DNA of 63,309 nt, the filler included, from Reclinomonas americana ATCC 50394 (lineage: Eukaryota), in NCBI GenBank assembly GCA_048213135.1. It is 6 parts of 4 records of this genome, joined end to end, with 100 filler letters (N's around TTAATTAATTAA, not from the genome) between each part and the next. Parts side by side here need not be neighbours in the genome. Positions count along the whole stretch, not along the records: positions 12,845 to 19,237 come from PS015016.1; positions 19,338 to 29,513 come from PS015017.1; 4 more parts are not named here. One strand, 5' to 3'. Shown here one piece after another: positions 12,875 through 24,043 of this stretch. Numbering within the stretch: position 1 is the first letter of the stretch; each line of letters starts with the position of its first letter. Under the pieces are notes generated by a model. It had not been told where the DNA came from, did no database searches, and was given only the letters and a program-made list of their open reading frames with translations. The translations under genes and the position numbers were made by a program.

Positions 12875-15679
12875 TCAGCATTCTCTTGAGCAAACCTCAG
12901 CAGAGCCGGGGCTGTCGTTTGCAGATGCGGCGGAGGACGGCGCTTGCGCTGGCGTCGACTCGGCGGGCGCATGTGACGCCGCCGCCGCCACCACTGGCTG
13001 CGAATGCTGAGCGTGCTCATGGGAGGTGCCTCGTGGCGAGGTGGCGACCACCACGGCAGCTTGGACGGCAGCAGAGGCCACGGCACGCGCTGCCTCCTCT
13101 TCCTCTAACCTCTTGCGCTCAACCTGCGCAGCCTCTGCCTCTCTCCTCTTCCGCTCCTCCTCCTCGTGCTCGGCGTGGCGTCGTCTCTCCTCCTCCGCGT
13201 GCTGCTCGGCGGCCTTTCGCTTCCTCTCCTCTTCTTCTGCCGCCGCCGCCGCTGCAATTGCGGCCGCGGCTGCTACTGCAGCGCGTCGCTTCTCTTCCTC
13301 TTCCTCCCTGGCCTTTCTCCTTCTCTCCGCCTCCGCCGCCGCCTCGGCCTCTTCGTGTGCCTTGCGCCGGCGCTGCTCCGCCTCTTCGGCGGCCGCCACG
13401 CGCTGCCGCTCCTCTTCCTCGGCCTTGCGGCGTCGAGCTTCCTCCTCTGCCGCTGCTTGCTTCCGCTTGGCTTCAGCTTCCTGCTGGTGCTGCTGCTGGT
13501 GCTGCTGCTGCTGCTGGGGCTGACGAGTGTGTGCATGCGCCGTGTCGCGACGTTCCTGTGCGTCCTCTGCGGAGAGGGGGCCCGACAGGGTGGTACGCGG
13601 TGACGGGCGAGCGACATCCTCATCCTCCAGTCGTGCATGATGCAAATCGTGGTCGTGCTCCCCGTGTCGATGATCGGGATCGACCACCTCCTGCAGACGT
13701 GGCACTCCCGGCAATTGTCGATCCGACACGTCGGTGAGTGCCTCGTCCTCCAGTCGGCGATCTTCATCGGTCCGGCTCACGTCTGTTGGCGCCAGCAGCG
13801 GAGAATTCTGCGAGCGGCGACTCATCCGCCGCTGCTTCATGCTCTTGCCGGCCGCCGACGAGAAGAACTGGTTGATCGACTCCTCCATGCGTGTTGTCTG
13901 CTCGGCGGCGTCGACCGCCCCATCATCGGAGCCATTCGTGCCCATGAAGGCGCGGAAGGCTTGCAGTGCCGTGTCTGGTGGCACAGTCGCTGTGGCCACG
14001 CTGCTGCTCTCGCGCGAGTGCTCGCTGCTGGCGGCACCACTCGAAAAGGCTGTTGTGTTGGCTGCAGGGGCGGACGGCGCAACGCCAGAGCTGCGTGTAA
14101 GGAAAGGTCGTGGTCAGGGCCCTCAGCATGACATACAGCAAAAGCAAGGAGACAAACCGCGACTGCAGGTCGGTCAGCGCACGAAGAAGGCCATCAATTT
14201 GCTGTCGCATGTCGGCCTCGCGACGCCGTGCGGCCTTGAGCTCGCTCGTCAGATGTTTTATCTCTTCCTCGGCAGTCTGAGTGCCCTTGCGGAATGCACC
14301 TGTGACGGACGTCGGTCAGTGCATGCGGAGGATGGTCACCACGTGCAATAAGAGTGAGCACGGAACGTTCATAATTCGACTGCGTGTAATCCTGAATCTT
14401 GCCCATGAGGACGCGCAGCAGCTCAGCGATGCGCACTCGCAGAGCGGCCACGTCGTGAGTCAGACACTCGCGCTGTTGGCAAGGCGTGAGCGACAGCATG
14501 TAATACAATCAGTGGGAAGCACACATAAACACACACCCGTTGATCGGGATGCAGTTCGTTGTCAAAGTAGGCCACCGAGTTGCTCTCAAAAATGTCCAGT
14601 GCGCGCAACAGCATGGTACTCCAGTCCTCCATGGTGAGGATCTCTGCGCAACAGCCGTGGTGATGAGCAAACAGCCGCATACTCGGGCAGGGCACTCGCG
14701 CGCCTCACGAACCACCATGCTGAGGCTTCCCAGGCGCGGCCGGACGACGCGACGCGTGAGCGCTTTGCGAGCGACCGTTGCTGCGTGCCGTACCATTTCC
14801 ATTGCCAAAGCTGCTCTCACTGTGAAACGACGAATCGCCATTGGCTGCCGGTGAGCGGGCTTGCTGTGGCGCTCTCCGTTGGGCCGACGTGGAGCGATGC
14901 GCGCTGCGAGACCGGCCGCCACCGTCCTCCGACAGAGCCTCTGCTTTTTTCAACCCCACCATCATGTGAGACAAGCGGTAGGAAGCGGTGTGCCACACGC
15001 GCGACTCACCAGGTGGTGGTGACGAACGCGCGGACGACGAAATCGTGCGATATCTGCAACCACCACACCAATGAGACACTCGCGAGTGCATTGTCAAAGA
15101 GCGGACACGATGGCACACACCGTCGCTGCGATGCAGACAAGTCCAGCTTGTGGCGCTGCTCCTCCTGCTGCGCAAGATCTTGCGCCCGGGCCAAGGCTCG
15201 CGCCATGCTGCAAAAACAGGGCCCGCCCGGTACGGGTGAGCGNNNNNNNNNNNNNNNNNNNNNNNNNNNNNNNNNNNNNNNNNNNNNNNNNNNNNNNNNN
15301 NNNNNNNNNNNNNNNNNNNNNNNNNNNNNNNNNNNNNNNNNNNNNNNNNNNNNNNNNNNNNNNNNNNNNNNNNNNNNNNNNNNNNNNNNNNNNNNNNNNN
15401 NNNNNNNNNNNNNNNNNNNNNNNNNNNNNNNNNNNNNNNGCCGTTGCCGCGCAGGGATAATGAGGCGTCTTTAGCGAGAGAGAGAGAGAGTGAGCACACG
15501 CGCAGAGAGGGGTTCGGACGATCACACACACACACACCACTTGAGGCGGGTGTGCTGGCGCTGCCATGACTGGCCACGATGAAAGGAGCGAGTTGTTGCT
15601 CAGTGGAGGGTGGAGGGGGGCGCAGGAAGGGTGCGAGGGCGTCGGGAGAGACACCGCCGGGCCTCTGTGAAGTGGCCAT
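12875..15679 (-). CDS. Multi-exon hypothetical protein with a C-terminal E/R/K/A-rich charged helix (coiled coil or SAH-like)
   Basis: ATG at 15679 (MATSQRPGG), several intron-separated minus ORFs, and a long final ORF with EEEARRRKAEEEERQR-type repeats. Spans a gap; exon structure approximate. Confidence 0.5.
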
Positions 15680-15862
15680 GGCCCGCTGCTCTTTTTTCTT
15701 TCTTTTGTCACTCACTCACACACTCGCTGACGCTGACACTCACTCACACAGTGGACACGATCACACAATCACAATCACACACGAAGCGAGACGACCAGGG
15801 GGAAACACGTCTTTTTCTCCCGCAATGGAGTCGATGAATTACAGGGCCTACAGTTCACTAAT

Positions 15863-17133
15863 TTACAGAAACCGACGATTGAACAGAACGCCGCGAGTGT
15901 GCTTGTCTGGAGGCATCTCGACCAGACTCGGGTCGCAGGTCATGGATTTAGTAATGTCGACCGGCTCGTTGCCGTCTTCGCCGACGTCGATGTCGTCGTT
16001 GACGACCAGCCAGTCGCCGCGCTGCTTCATCAGGGCGATCTTCTCCGAGGCCACTCGCAGGTAATTGTAGTGCAGCATCACTGGCTCCGCCTCGGCCTCC
16101 AGCAGGTGCCGCTCGAAAACGTCCTCGTGGAGAATGTGGTAGTGGCCGGTGGGGTAGAGCAGCGGCGGCAGGATGCACACGCGTGTGCGTTTGGTGTCGC
16201 GCACGTCGTCGCCGCTGGTGGCTGCCGCGATTGCGACGGCGGTGGTGGCGGTGGGCGTGTTGTGTGTCCAGTCGCGCACGTGAACCCACAAGTCGCGGCG
16301 GTCGCGCATGATGCGCTCGAGGATGGGCTGGTTGAGATCGTCGCCGGTGCGAATGCCCTCGGCCCACGCTTGCATCAGACGCATGGCGCGCGCCGAGGAG
16401 CCTCGCATGAGCCACAGACCGGCGCAGAGAGGGTACGGCGATGGCGTGGCCGCAGTGGGTATGGGGTTGGTGGGGTGCCGATGATCCGACTGCACCATCC
16501 AGTCGCACACATACGACGCGTCATCATCGTCCGCCGGCGACACAAACGTCGCCACCGTGGGCCGACCACGCGGGAAGTCACTGGTAAAGTGCCGACGCAC
16601 TGCCATGTCGGGATCGACATGCAGCACCGAGTAGCCATACGACAAGATGACCACGAGAGCCTCCCACCGCTGCGTCACAATCGAACGATACGCCGCCGAA
16701 CCGTACTCACTCGCATGCTGCTCGCCCAGCTCACTCGCCGTCGGCGGTACATAGTGCACCACTCCGCGTCGCGCCAGAAAGTTCGCCATGCGACTGTCCA
16801 GCGCAATCACCAACACCTGCGACTCCACCCACCGCTCCAGCTGGCACAGCAGGTTGAGCACCATGGAGCGGAATGCAAAGTTGCCCTCGGTGACCACCAG
16901 CGGCCGATCGCGTCGGAACTCGCTCTCCACCAGCGCACGCAGCCCTGACCATGGGTCTTCATTCGCAGACGGTGCCTCTGCTGTGTGGCGAGAGAGTGAG
17001 AGAGTGAAGGGAGAGATGAGTGGAGGAGTGCGCAGTGTTTACCTTGCGGTTCTGCAGCGCATGCGAGTGTGGCGCCCAGCAGCAGCACGAGCAGCAGTAG
17101 CAGGAGCACGAGCGCCCTTGCTCTGCGCTGCAT
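15863..17133 (-). CDS. Nucleotide-diphospho-sugar transferase (PF03407/GT77-like) with N-terminal signal anchor, 2 exons
   Basis: MQRRARALVLLLLLLVLLLG, then VIALD, YGSAAYRSIV, GYSVLHVDPD (DxD), QSD, LCAGLWLMR, LPPLLYPTG, HYNY..EKIALMKQRGDW. Confidence 0.85.
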
Positions 17134-18689
17134 GTGTGTGTGTTGTTGTACCGCTTGGGGGGGGGNNNNNNNNNNNNNNNNNNNNNNNNNNNNNNNNNNN
17201 NNNNNNNNNNNNNNNNNNNNNNNNNNNNNNNNNNNNNNNNNNNNNNNNNNNNNNNNNNNNNNNNNNNNNNNNNNNNNNNNNNNNNNNNNNNNNNNNNNNN
17301 NNNNNNNNNNNNNNNNNNNNNNNNNNNNNNNNNNNNNNNNNNNNNNNNNNNNNNNNNNNNNNNNNNNNNNNNNNNNNNNNNNNNNNNNNNNNNNNNNNNN
17401 NNNNNNNNNNNNNNNNNNNNNNNNNNNNNNNNNNNNNNNNNNNNNNNNNNNNNNNNNNNNNNNNNNNNNNNNNNNNNNNNNNNNNNNNNNNNNNNNNNNN
17501 NNNNNNNNNNNNNNNNNNNNNNNNNNNNNNNNNNNNNNNNNNNNNNNNNNNNNNNNNNNNNNNNNNNNNNNNNNNNNNNNNNNNNNNNNNNNNNNNNNNN
17601 NNNNNNNNNNNNNNNNNNNNNNNNNNNNNNNNNNNNNNNNNNNNNNNNNNNNNNNNNNNNNNNNNNNNNNNNNNNNNNNNNNNNNNNNNNNNNNNNNNNN
17701 NNNNNNNNNNNNNNNNNNNNNNNNNNNNNNNNNNNNNNNNNNNNNNNNNNNNNNNNNNNNNNNNNNNNNNNNNNNNNNNNNNNNNNNNNNNNNNNNNNNN
17801 NNNNNNNNNNNNNNNNNNNNNNNNNNNNNNNNNNNNNNNNNNNNNNNNNNNNNNNNNNNNNNNNNNNNNNNNNNNNNNNNNNNNNNNNNNNNNNNNNNNN
17901 NNNNNNNNNNNNNNNNNNNNNNNNNNNNNNNNNNNNNNNNNNNNNNNNNNCCAGCACCAGTGGCAGCACCAGTGGCAGCACCAGAAGGAGCAGCAGAAGG
18001 AGCAGCAGCACCGACACCGACACCGGCTGCGGCAACAGGAGCCGGACCACCACCAGCGCCACCACCACCATGGCCACCACCACCACCACAGCGTCGCCGG
18101 TGTCGACGACCACGCCGCTGCCTTCGACCGCCGCCCACAAGCGCGGCTGCAGGTGACACCTCAGCGCGGACGGAATGATGATTGCGCATCCACGTTACCA
18201 TGGCGATTAGACCGCGCCGTGCCCTCCGTGACTCTGCAGGGAAATGAGGACAACAGCGTGACAGTCATCATGCATGAGTAAACAGTGATTGGCCCACTCG
18301 CTCATTACTGACAATCTCACCATGTTGGCGACACGACCGCCTCGCCGCGAAGTAGTGCTGGTGACCTGTCTTTTTCTCCATTGGAATCGGCATCGACGGA
18401 AGCGAGACAGGAGGCTTCGCTTGGTCTCCACCACTGTTGCTGTGGTCCTCTTCGCACGTGTCGGTGCCACGACGTGCGTGCGCAGCCCGGTGCTCGTTTC
18501 TGGTCGTAATCAGGTAGCGGATGAGTTGCTCGGAGTGCGTAAAGGCCACATGGCGAAGGCCTGCCACCACGTTTGCCGAACTCGTGACTGCATGCATGCA
18601 CAAGTAGAATGAGTCAGCCAACAGAGGCGGTGCGAAGGGCGATCAAGAGAGAGGGAGAGAGAAGAGAGAGAGATGCTAGCCAAGCATGC

Positions 18690-19030
18690 GCAAGGAGCAC
18701 ATAACCCACACAGCAATGATGACAAGTCTCGTGCCATAGAAGCTTGCTCTGATCCATACATACGCGATCACTGGTAGATGCTCATTGTTGTGTATGGATC
18801 AGTGAAGTTTCTATTATTATTAGCAAGGAGCATCATCATATCGGTGATCGCCAACAGGTCTCGTGTTCTTTCCACTTACAACTAACACTGTTCAAGTGGA
18901 TGCACATGTTACATACACGAGACTTGTTGGTGACGATCACCTGCTAGCAGTGCACTGACGTCAAGATGCTCATTACTCTTCGTGTATGGATCAGTGAACT
19001 GGCCAGAGTACTGTCGCCGAGCACTGCAAG
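18690..19030. repeat. Non-coding cluster of imperfect hairpins and degenerate direct repeats
   Basis: Inverted arms 18736-18760/18791-18814 and 18843-18866/18915-18941. GTGTATGGATCAGTGAA and GCAAGGAGCA each occur twice as direct repeats. Confidence 0.7.
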
Positions 19031-19281
19031 AAGAGGACACCAGAAGAAAGAGAGCGACGAGAGACCTATGACGACATCACACAGAGAGGTAAACAAGTGA
19101 ACCATAACACACATACAGAGAAAATAGTGCACGCGTATGCGCAGCGTGCGAGGCGACAGTTGAGTGTGCTCACACTGACAAACAACCATGATAGGAGACC
19201 CTTTTCTACTACTCATAATCACACACTTACCCTCTGTNNNNNNNNNNNNNNNNNNNNNNNNNNNNNNNNNNNNNNNNNNNN

Positions 19282-19293
19282 TTAATTAATTAA
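19282..19293. other. Artificial scaffold linker
   Basis: N44-TTAATTAATTAA-N44. Confidence 0.95.
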
Positions 19294-19337
19294 NNNNNNN
19301 NNNNNNNNNNNNNNNNNNNNNNNNNNNNNNNNNNNNN

Positions 19338-19394
19338 CCCCCCGCGCGAGTTCCCCGACCCAGCAGGACGGCGGCTGATAGCGTCAACGCCTAA
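19338..19394 (+). CDS. 3' tail of a third IFI44-like paralog (rest lost beyond the scaffold start)
   Basis: Encodes PPARVPRPSRTAADSVNA*, homologous to the last exon PPARVPRPNRMVTDDVDT* of the copy ending at 21760. Confidence 0.75.
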   Translation, partial: PPARVPRPSRTAADSVNA

Positions 19395-19806
19395 ATGAGC
19401 GCATAGTAAGAGACGCACGAAATGAAAGCTCAAGTTAATGAATGAAATCGCCACGGAACGAACCGCTCGAGCACAGAGAGATAGACCTCAGAGTATTAAT
19501 CACATGCAACCTGGACGCCGTGGAGCAGTGTCGCGTGAGAACATGATGTACTCATAAAGCAATCCATGTAACATACCTTATCGATATCCTGTGTCATTGC
19601 TGTGCTTCCCGTGTTCCTCTTACGCTCACTGGTGCGAATTGTGCACGATATGATCCACGTCAGATTGGTGCAGTCCGCCGGATATCATACGAACCAACCC
19701 GTATGGAATGATTTCGACCAGTGACAGCAAGCTGCCCTGTCGCATTTCCATTAGTTGCACACTTTTCTTCTTCCGTCTCGGAGCGCAAACAGTCTCACCA
19801 AAGGTT

Positions 19807-21760
19807 ATGGGTAGCAGACACTCGGTACGCCTGTTTGCACGTGGCACTCACAGCTCTGCTCACTCAGCAATTGACTCGTGAACAGCGACCGCCACCACCG
19901 CCACCGCGTCGACCAACACCGCGACAAGCACCACCGCGGCCACCACCACCACCACCACCAGCGCAACCTCGCCAAGCAGCGCCACTGCAACCTCGTCCAG
20001 CAGCGCCACTGCAACCTCGTCCAGCAGCGCCACTGCAACCTCGTCCAGCAGCGCCACCGCAACCTCGTCAAGCGCCACCGCAACCTCGTCCAGCAGCGCC
20101 ACCGCAACCTCGTCAAGCGCCACCACCACCACCACCACCACCACCACCACCGCCGCCTCCTCCGCCACCTCCGCCTCCACCACCACCTCCTCCACCACCT
20201 CCAGTTGTCTGCGCGCCCAGCCCCGTGGAACCCATGGAAGCACCCGACATCCCAGAAGTGGAGTGCCTCAGGACCACTCGCTCGCTCAAGTTCATCATCA
20301 CTCTCCCCGAGGCTGCCGACGAGGAGCAGATCATCGAGCACGTCGTGGGGTTCGAAGTCACAGATCCGGCCCGACCCCACAGCGCGACCGTGGACATTCC
20401 AGTGATGCGCGATCGACGCACTGGCAAAATCCGCGGCGAGTACACCGTTGGCGATCTGGCCCCCGGCCAAGGCGTCACGCGCATCTTCCGCATCTTGGTC
20501 AATCATCAGGAGATCAAGGAGGACAGCGCGTGGACGCCACGCCGCACGTACTACACGTTGCGACAGCTGCCCGACAGTATCGACGAAGCACGCCAACAGA
20601 TGCTTGTCTTCCTGGAGAACCTGGAGCCAGCCAATCCCCCATCGGAGACGCCTCTGCGTCCGTGCCCGGTCTCGCGCTTCCGCCTGCAAGTGTTTGGTGA
20701 GTTGCAACTCCCACAGCATGCTCTTCCTCTCTCCTCTGCTTCTCACCCATGTATGCGCTCATAGGCGAGGCTCAGAGCGGCAAGAGTTCGTTTTTCAACA
20801 CAGTCACATCGATTCTGGAGAAGCGCTACTGCGCGATGGCCGTGGTCGGTGCACATGTAGGAACCTCGGGTGTTGGTGTCACTCATCACTGGTTCTCCAC
20901 ACCCATTGGCAAGGGAATTGCGCTGCTGGAGAGTTGGTGCGCACAAAAAAATCCAGTCGCTCACTCCCTCCCAACGATCTCACTCACTCCGTGATGACAC
21001 AGGGGGTTCTGTCTCACCGACGACGGTCAGCCGGCAGCAGCAGAAGCCATGCAAGGGGTGGATGATACGGACAGTACTGTGGCGGCCTCGTACGCACGCC
21101 ACCTCGAGCCGATGGTGACTGGCGATCTCCCTGAGAACTTCAACTGCGTCACCGATCACATTCCCGAGCTGGAGGAGCCCACCGCCGACCGCTGCGCGCA
21201 CAGTGCCATCCTCCTCATCCGCGCCTCGGCCCTCACCGACTTGGACCGCCTGCGTCGGTACAGAGTCTTCTACGGAAGGCTCCTGGATCGCGGCCTGCAG
21301 CCACTGGTGGTCGTCACCATGTGCGACAAGATCGACTCCAACATCAGCTACGGCTCAGTTGCCGCCATCGCCGAGAGCAATCCCGTCGAGGAGGCACTGA
21401 GCAAGTTCGCCGAAGACTTCGCCGTCGACCGCAGCCACATCTTCCCCATCGTCAACTATCGAGGTCCGTACGCACAACCCGATGCAGGTGATCAATGCAC
21501 CCAATGCGTCGCCACCTCCGTCATGCATCTCACCCCTTGTCACAGCACTCGAGTACCTGGTGCTCAGCGTACTGAGGGAGGCCGTGCACCGCGCCCATGA
21601 TTTCATCGGTGAGTTGTGCCGAGCACCGTTCTCATCATGCCATTGCACTCAAGCATACAGTGCAGTGGGCGGCAACTTGAAGCGATACAATGGTCACCGG
21701 TTCCCCCCGGCGCGAGTTCCCCGACCCAACAGGATGGTGACTGATGATGTAGATACCTGA
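19807..21760 (+). CDS. IFI44-like P-loop GTPase, copy A: MGSRHS myristoylation-type N-terminus, Pro-rich linker, FN3-like domain, IFI44-type GTPase; 6 exons
   Basis: 18-nt exon 1 (19807-19824) splices to exon 2 at 19886. FN3 signature YTVGDLAPG..IFRI..SAWT. GTPase motifs RLQVFGEAQSGKSSFFNTVTSI, LLESWG, DRCAH, VVTMCD, IFPIVNY, LVLSVLREAVHRAHDFI follow the IFI44/IFI44L motif order. Confidence 0.8.
19962..20203 (+). repeat. Coding tandem repeat (24-nt unit, QPRPAAPL) followed by a polyproline tract
   Basis: Repeated gcaacctcgtccagcagcgccact units, then (CCN)n codons. Confidence 0.9.
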
Positions 21761-22282
21761 TTGAGTGCAAGAGTGTCAGAGGTGCAAAATGAAAGCATGA
21801 GTTCAAGAAGCGAACCGATTGCAATTGAGCGCAGAGCGATAGAGGCTGTGAGAGCCGCACACAACCTGGCCGCCTGGAACAGTGTCACAGGTGAGATCAT
21901 CTTGTATTCATCACGGAGTCCACATGGCTTTGCAAACCTTATCTTGTATCACTGCTGTGCTTCTCATGTTCCTCCTACGAAAAGCGATCTCATCAGAGTG
22001 TACTGTCAGCCGGATTCTGCTGAAACAGGCCATGGCCGAATGAGTTGAACCACATTCTGCCCTGTCGCATTTCCGTTCCACATTTTCGTTCTTTTTCCGT
22101 CTCGGAGCGCAAACAATCTCACCAAAGGCTGCTACGCGCAGCCTCTCGAAACGTCCGTTTGCCACAGCTCTCCTCACTCTGCAGTGGACGCTCAGTGACA
22201 CCGTGTAGACCAACACCGCGACAACCACAAAAGCACGACCACCGCCAACGCCAGTAGTCCACACACCCACCCCGTGGATTCA

Positions 22283-23850
22283 ATGGAGGCACCCGTGTCC
22301 ATCAAGGTAACTCTCGCTGCCCCAGCAGTGGAGTGCATCAGGACAACTCGCTCAATCAAGTTCATCATCACTATCCGCGCGGCTGTCGCCGGGGAACGAT
22401 TGATCCAGAATGTGCCTATCGTGAGGTTCCAGGTCATGGATCCGGCCCGATCGCACAGCACGACTGTAGACATTCCAGTGATGCGCGATCCACACACTGG
22501 CAAAGTCAACGGCGAATACACAGTCGACGACCTGGCCCCCGGCCAGGGCATCACCCGCATATTCCGCATGTCAACGGGGGCCGATCACCCAGAGGCCAAG
22601 GAGGACAGCGCGTGGACGCCACGCCGCACGTACTACACGCTGCGACAGCTGCCCGACAGTATCGATGAAGCGCGGCAACAGATGCTTGTCTTCCTGGAGA
22701 ACCTGGAGCCAGCCAATCCCCCATCGGAGACGCCTCTGCATCCGTGCCCGGTGCCGCGTTTCCGCCTGCAAGTGTTTGGTGAGTCGTGACTTCCACAGCA
22801 TGTCATTCCTCTCTTTCTGTTATGTCTCACCTCGTGTATGCACTCCACTCCTCACAGGCGAGGCTCAGAGCGGCAAGAGTTCGTTTTTCAACACAGTCAA
22901 ATCAATCTTGGAGAGGCGCTATGCCGCGATGGCCGTCGTCGGCGCACATGTAGGAATCGGAGTCGGTGTCACTCATCATTGGTTCTCCACGCCCGTGGGC
23001 ACGGGAATTGCGCTGCTGGAGAGTTGGTGCGCCAAATTAGTCCAATCGCTCACTCTCTGCAGCCTCTCACTCAGTGCGACATGACACAGGGGGTTCTGCC
23101 TCACCGACGACGGTCAACCGAGTGGTGCGGCAGCAGCTGAAGCCATGCAGGCACTGGGAGACACAGACAGTACTGTGGCGGCCTCGTACACACGCCACCT
23201 CGAGCCGATGCTGCTTGGAGCTCTTCCGGAGAACTTCAACTGCCTCACGGACTACATTCCCGAGCCGGAGGAGCCCAGCATCGACCGCTGCGCGCACTGC
23301 GTCATCCTCCTCGTCCGTGCCTCGGCCCTCACCGACTTGGACCGCCTGCGTCGGTACAAAGTATTCTACGGCAGGCTCCTGGATCGCGGCCTGCAGCCAC
23401 TGGTGGTCGTCACCATGTGCGACAAGATCGACTCCAACATTAGCTGCGGCTCAGTTGCCGCCATTGCCGAGAGCAATCCCGTCGAGGAGGCACTGAGCAA
23501 GTTCGCCGAAGACTTCGCCGTCGACCGCAGCCACATTTTCCCCATCGTCAACTATCGCGGTCCGTACGCACAACCCGATGCAGGTGATCAACGTAACCAA
23601 TGCGTCGCCACCTCCGTCATGCATCTCACCCCTTGTCACAGCACTCGAGTACCTGGTGCTCAGCGTACTGAGGGAGGCCGTGTACCGCGCCCACGATTTC
23701 ATCGGTGAGTTGTGCATCATTCTCTTCATGCACACGTGCGCGCAACAATGCACTCAAACACACAGTGCAGCTGGCGGCAACATGAAGCGACACAACGGTC
23801 ACCGTTTTCCCCCCGCGCGAGTTCCCAATAGGATGGTGACTGACGAGTGA
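22283..23850 (+). CDS. IFI44-like P-loop GTPase, copy B: FN3-like + GTPase, lacking the myristoylation exon and Pro-rich region; 5 exons
   Basis: Intact frames and the same four intron positions as copy A; GEAQSGKSSFFNTVKSI. The upstream homolog of exon 1 has lost its ATG and GT donor. Confidence 0.75.
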
Positions 23851-24043
23851 GAGGATGAGTGAGAGAAGGAGAGCGCGAAGTGTACAAACGAACCACCAAC
23901 GAATGAATGAACCGTGATCCACTACACTCATATCACTCACGCATACAGGAGCGCGCGTCTCCTCTGTTGTTCTCCTCTCTGTGTGTGCGTGTGCGACTGT
24001 GTGTGTGCGCCTGTGCGATTGTGTGTAAGCTGTCGTTGAGAAA

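Noticed and set aside
13026-14351. Plus-strand ORFs opposite the charged-helix gene, and similar antisense ORFs over GT77, IFI44-like, homeobox and PP2C
   Set aside because: Shadow ORFs expected in GC-rich coding DNA; no motifs.
17951-18620. Low-complexity Pro/His/Thr-rich coding fragment
   Set aside because: Several frames on both strands are open next to a gap; strand and frame cannot be assigned.
18716-18840. C/D box snoRNA (ATGATGA...CTGA)
   Set aside because: Box spacing and terminal D box are not convincing and I recognised no rRNA guide. Kept only as a hairpin cluster.
19962-20120. CRISPR-like array
   Set aside because: Contiguous 24-nt coding repeats without unique spacers, in a eukaryotic exon.
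21661-21680. Short last exon VQWAAT* for the IFI44-like genes via the upstream AG
   Set aside because: The AG 5 nt downstream gives a longer frame conserved in three copies with synonymous changes and an in-frame indel. Alternative use is not excluded.
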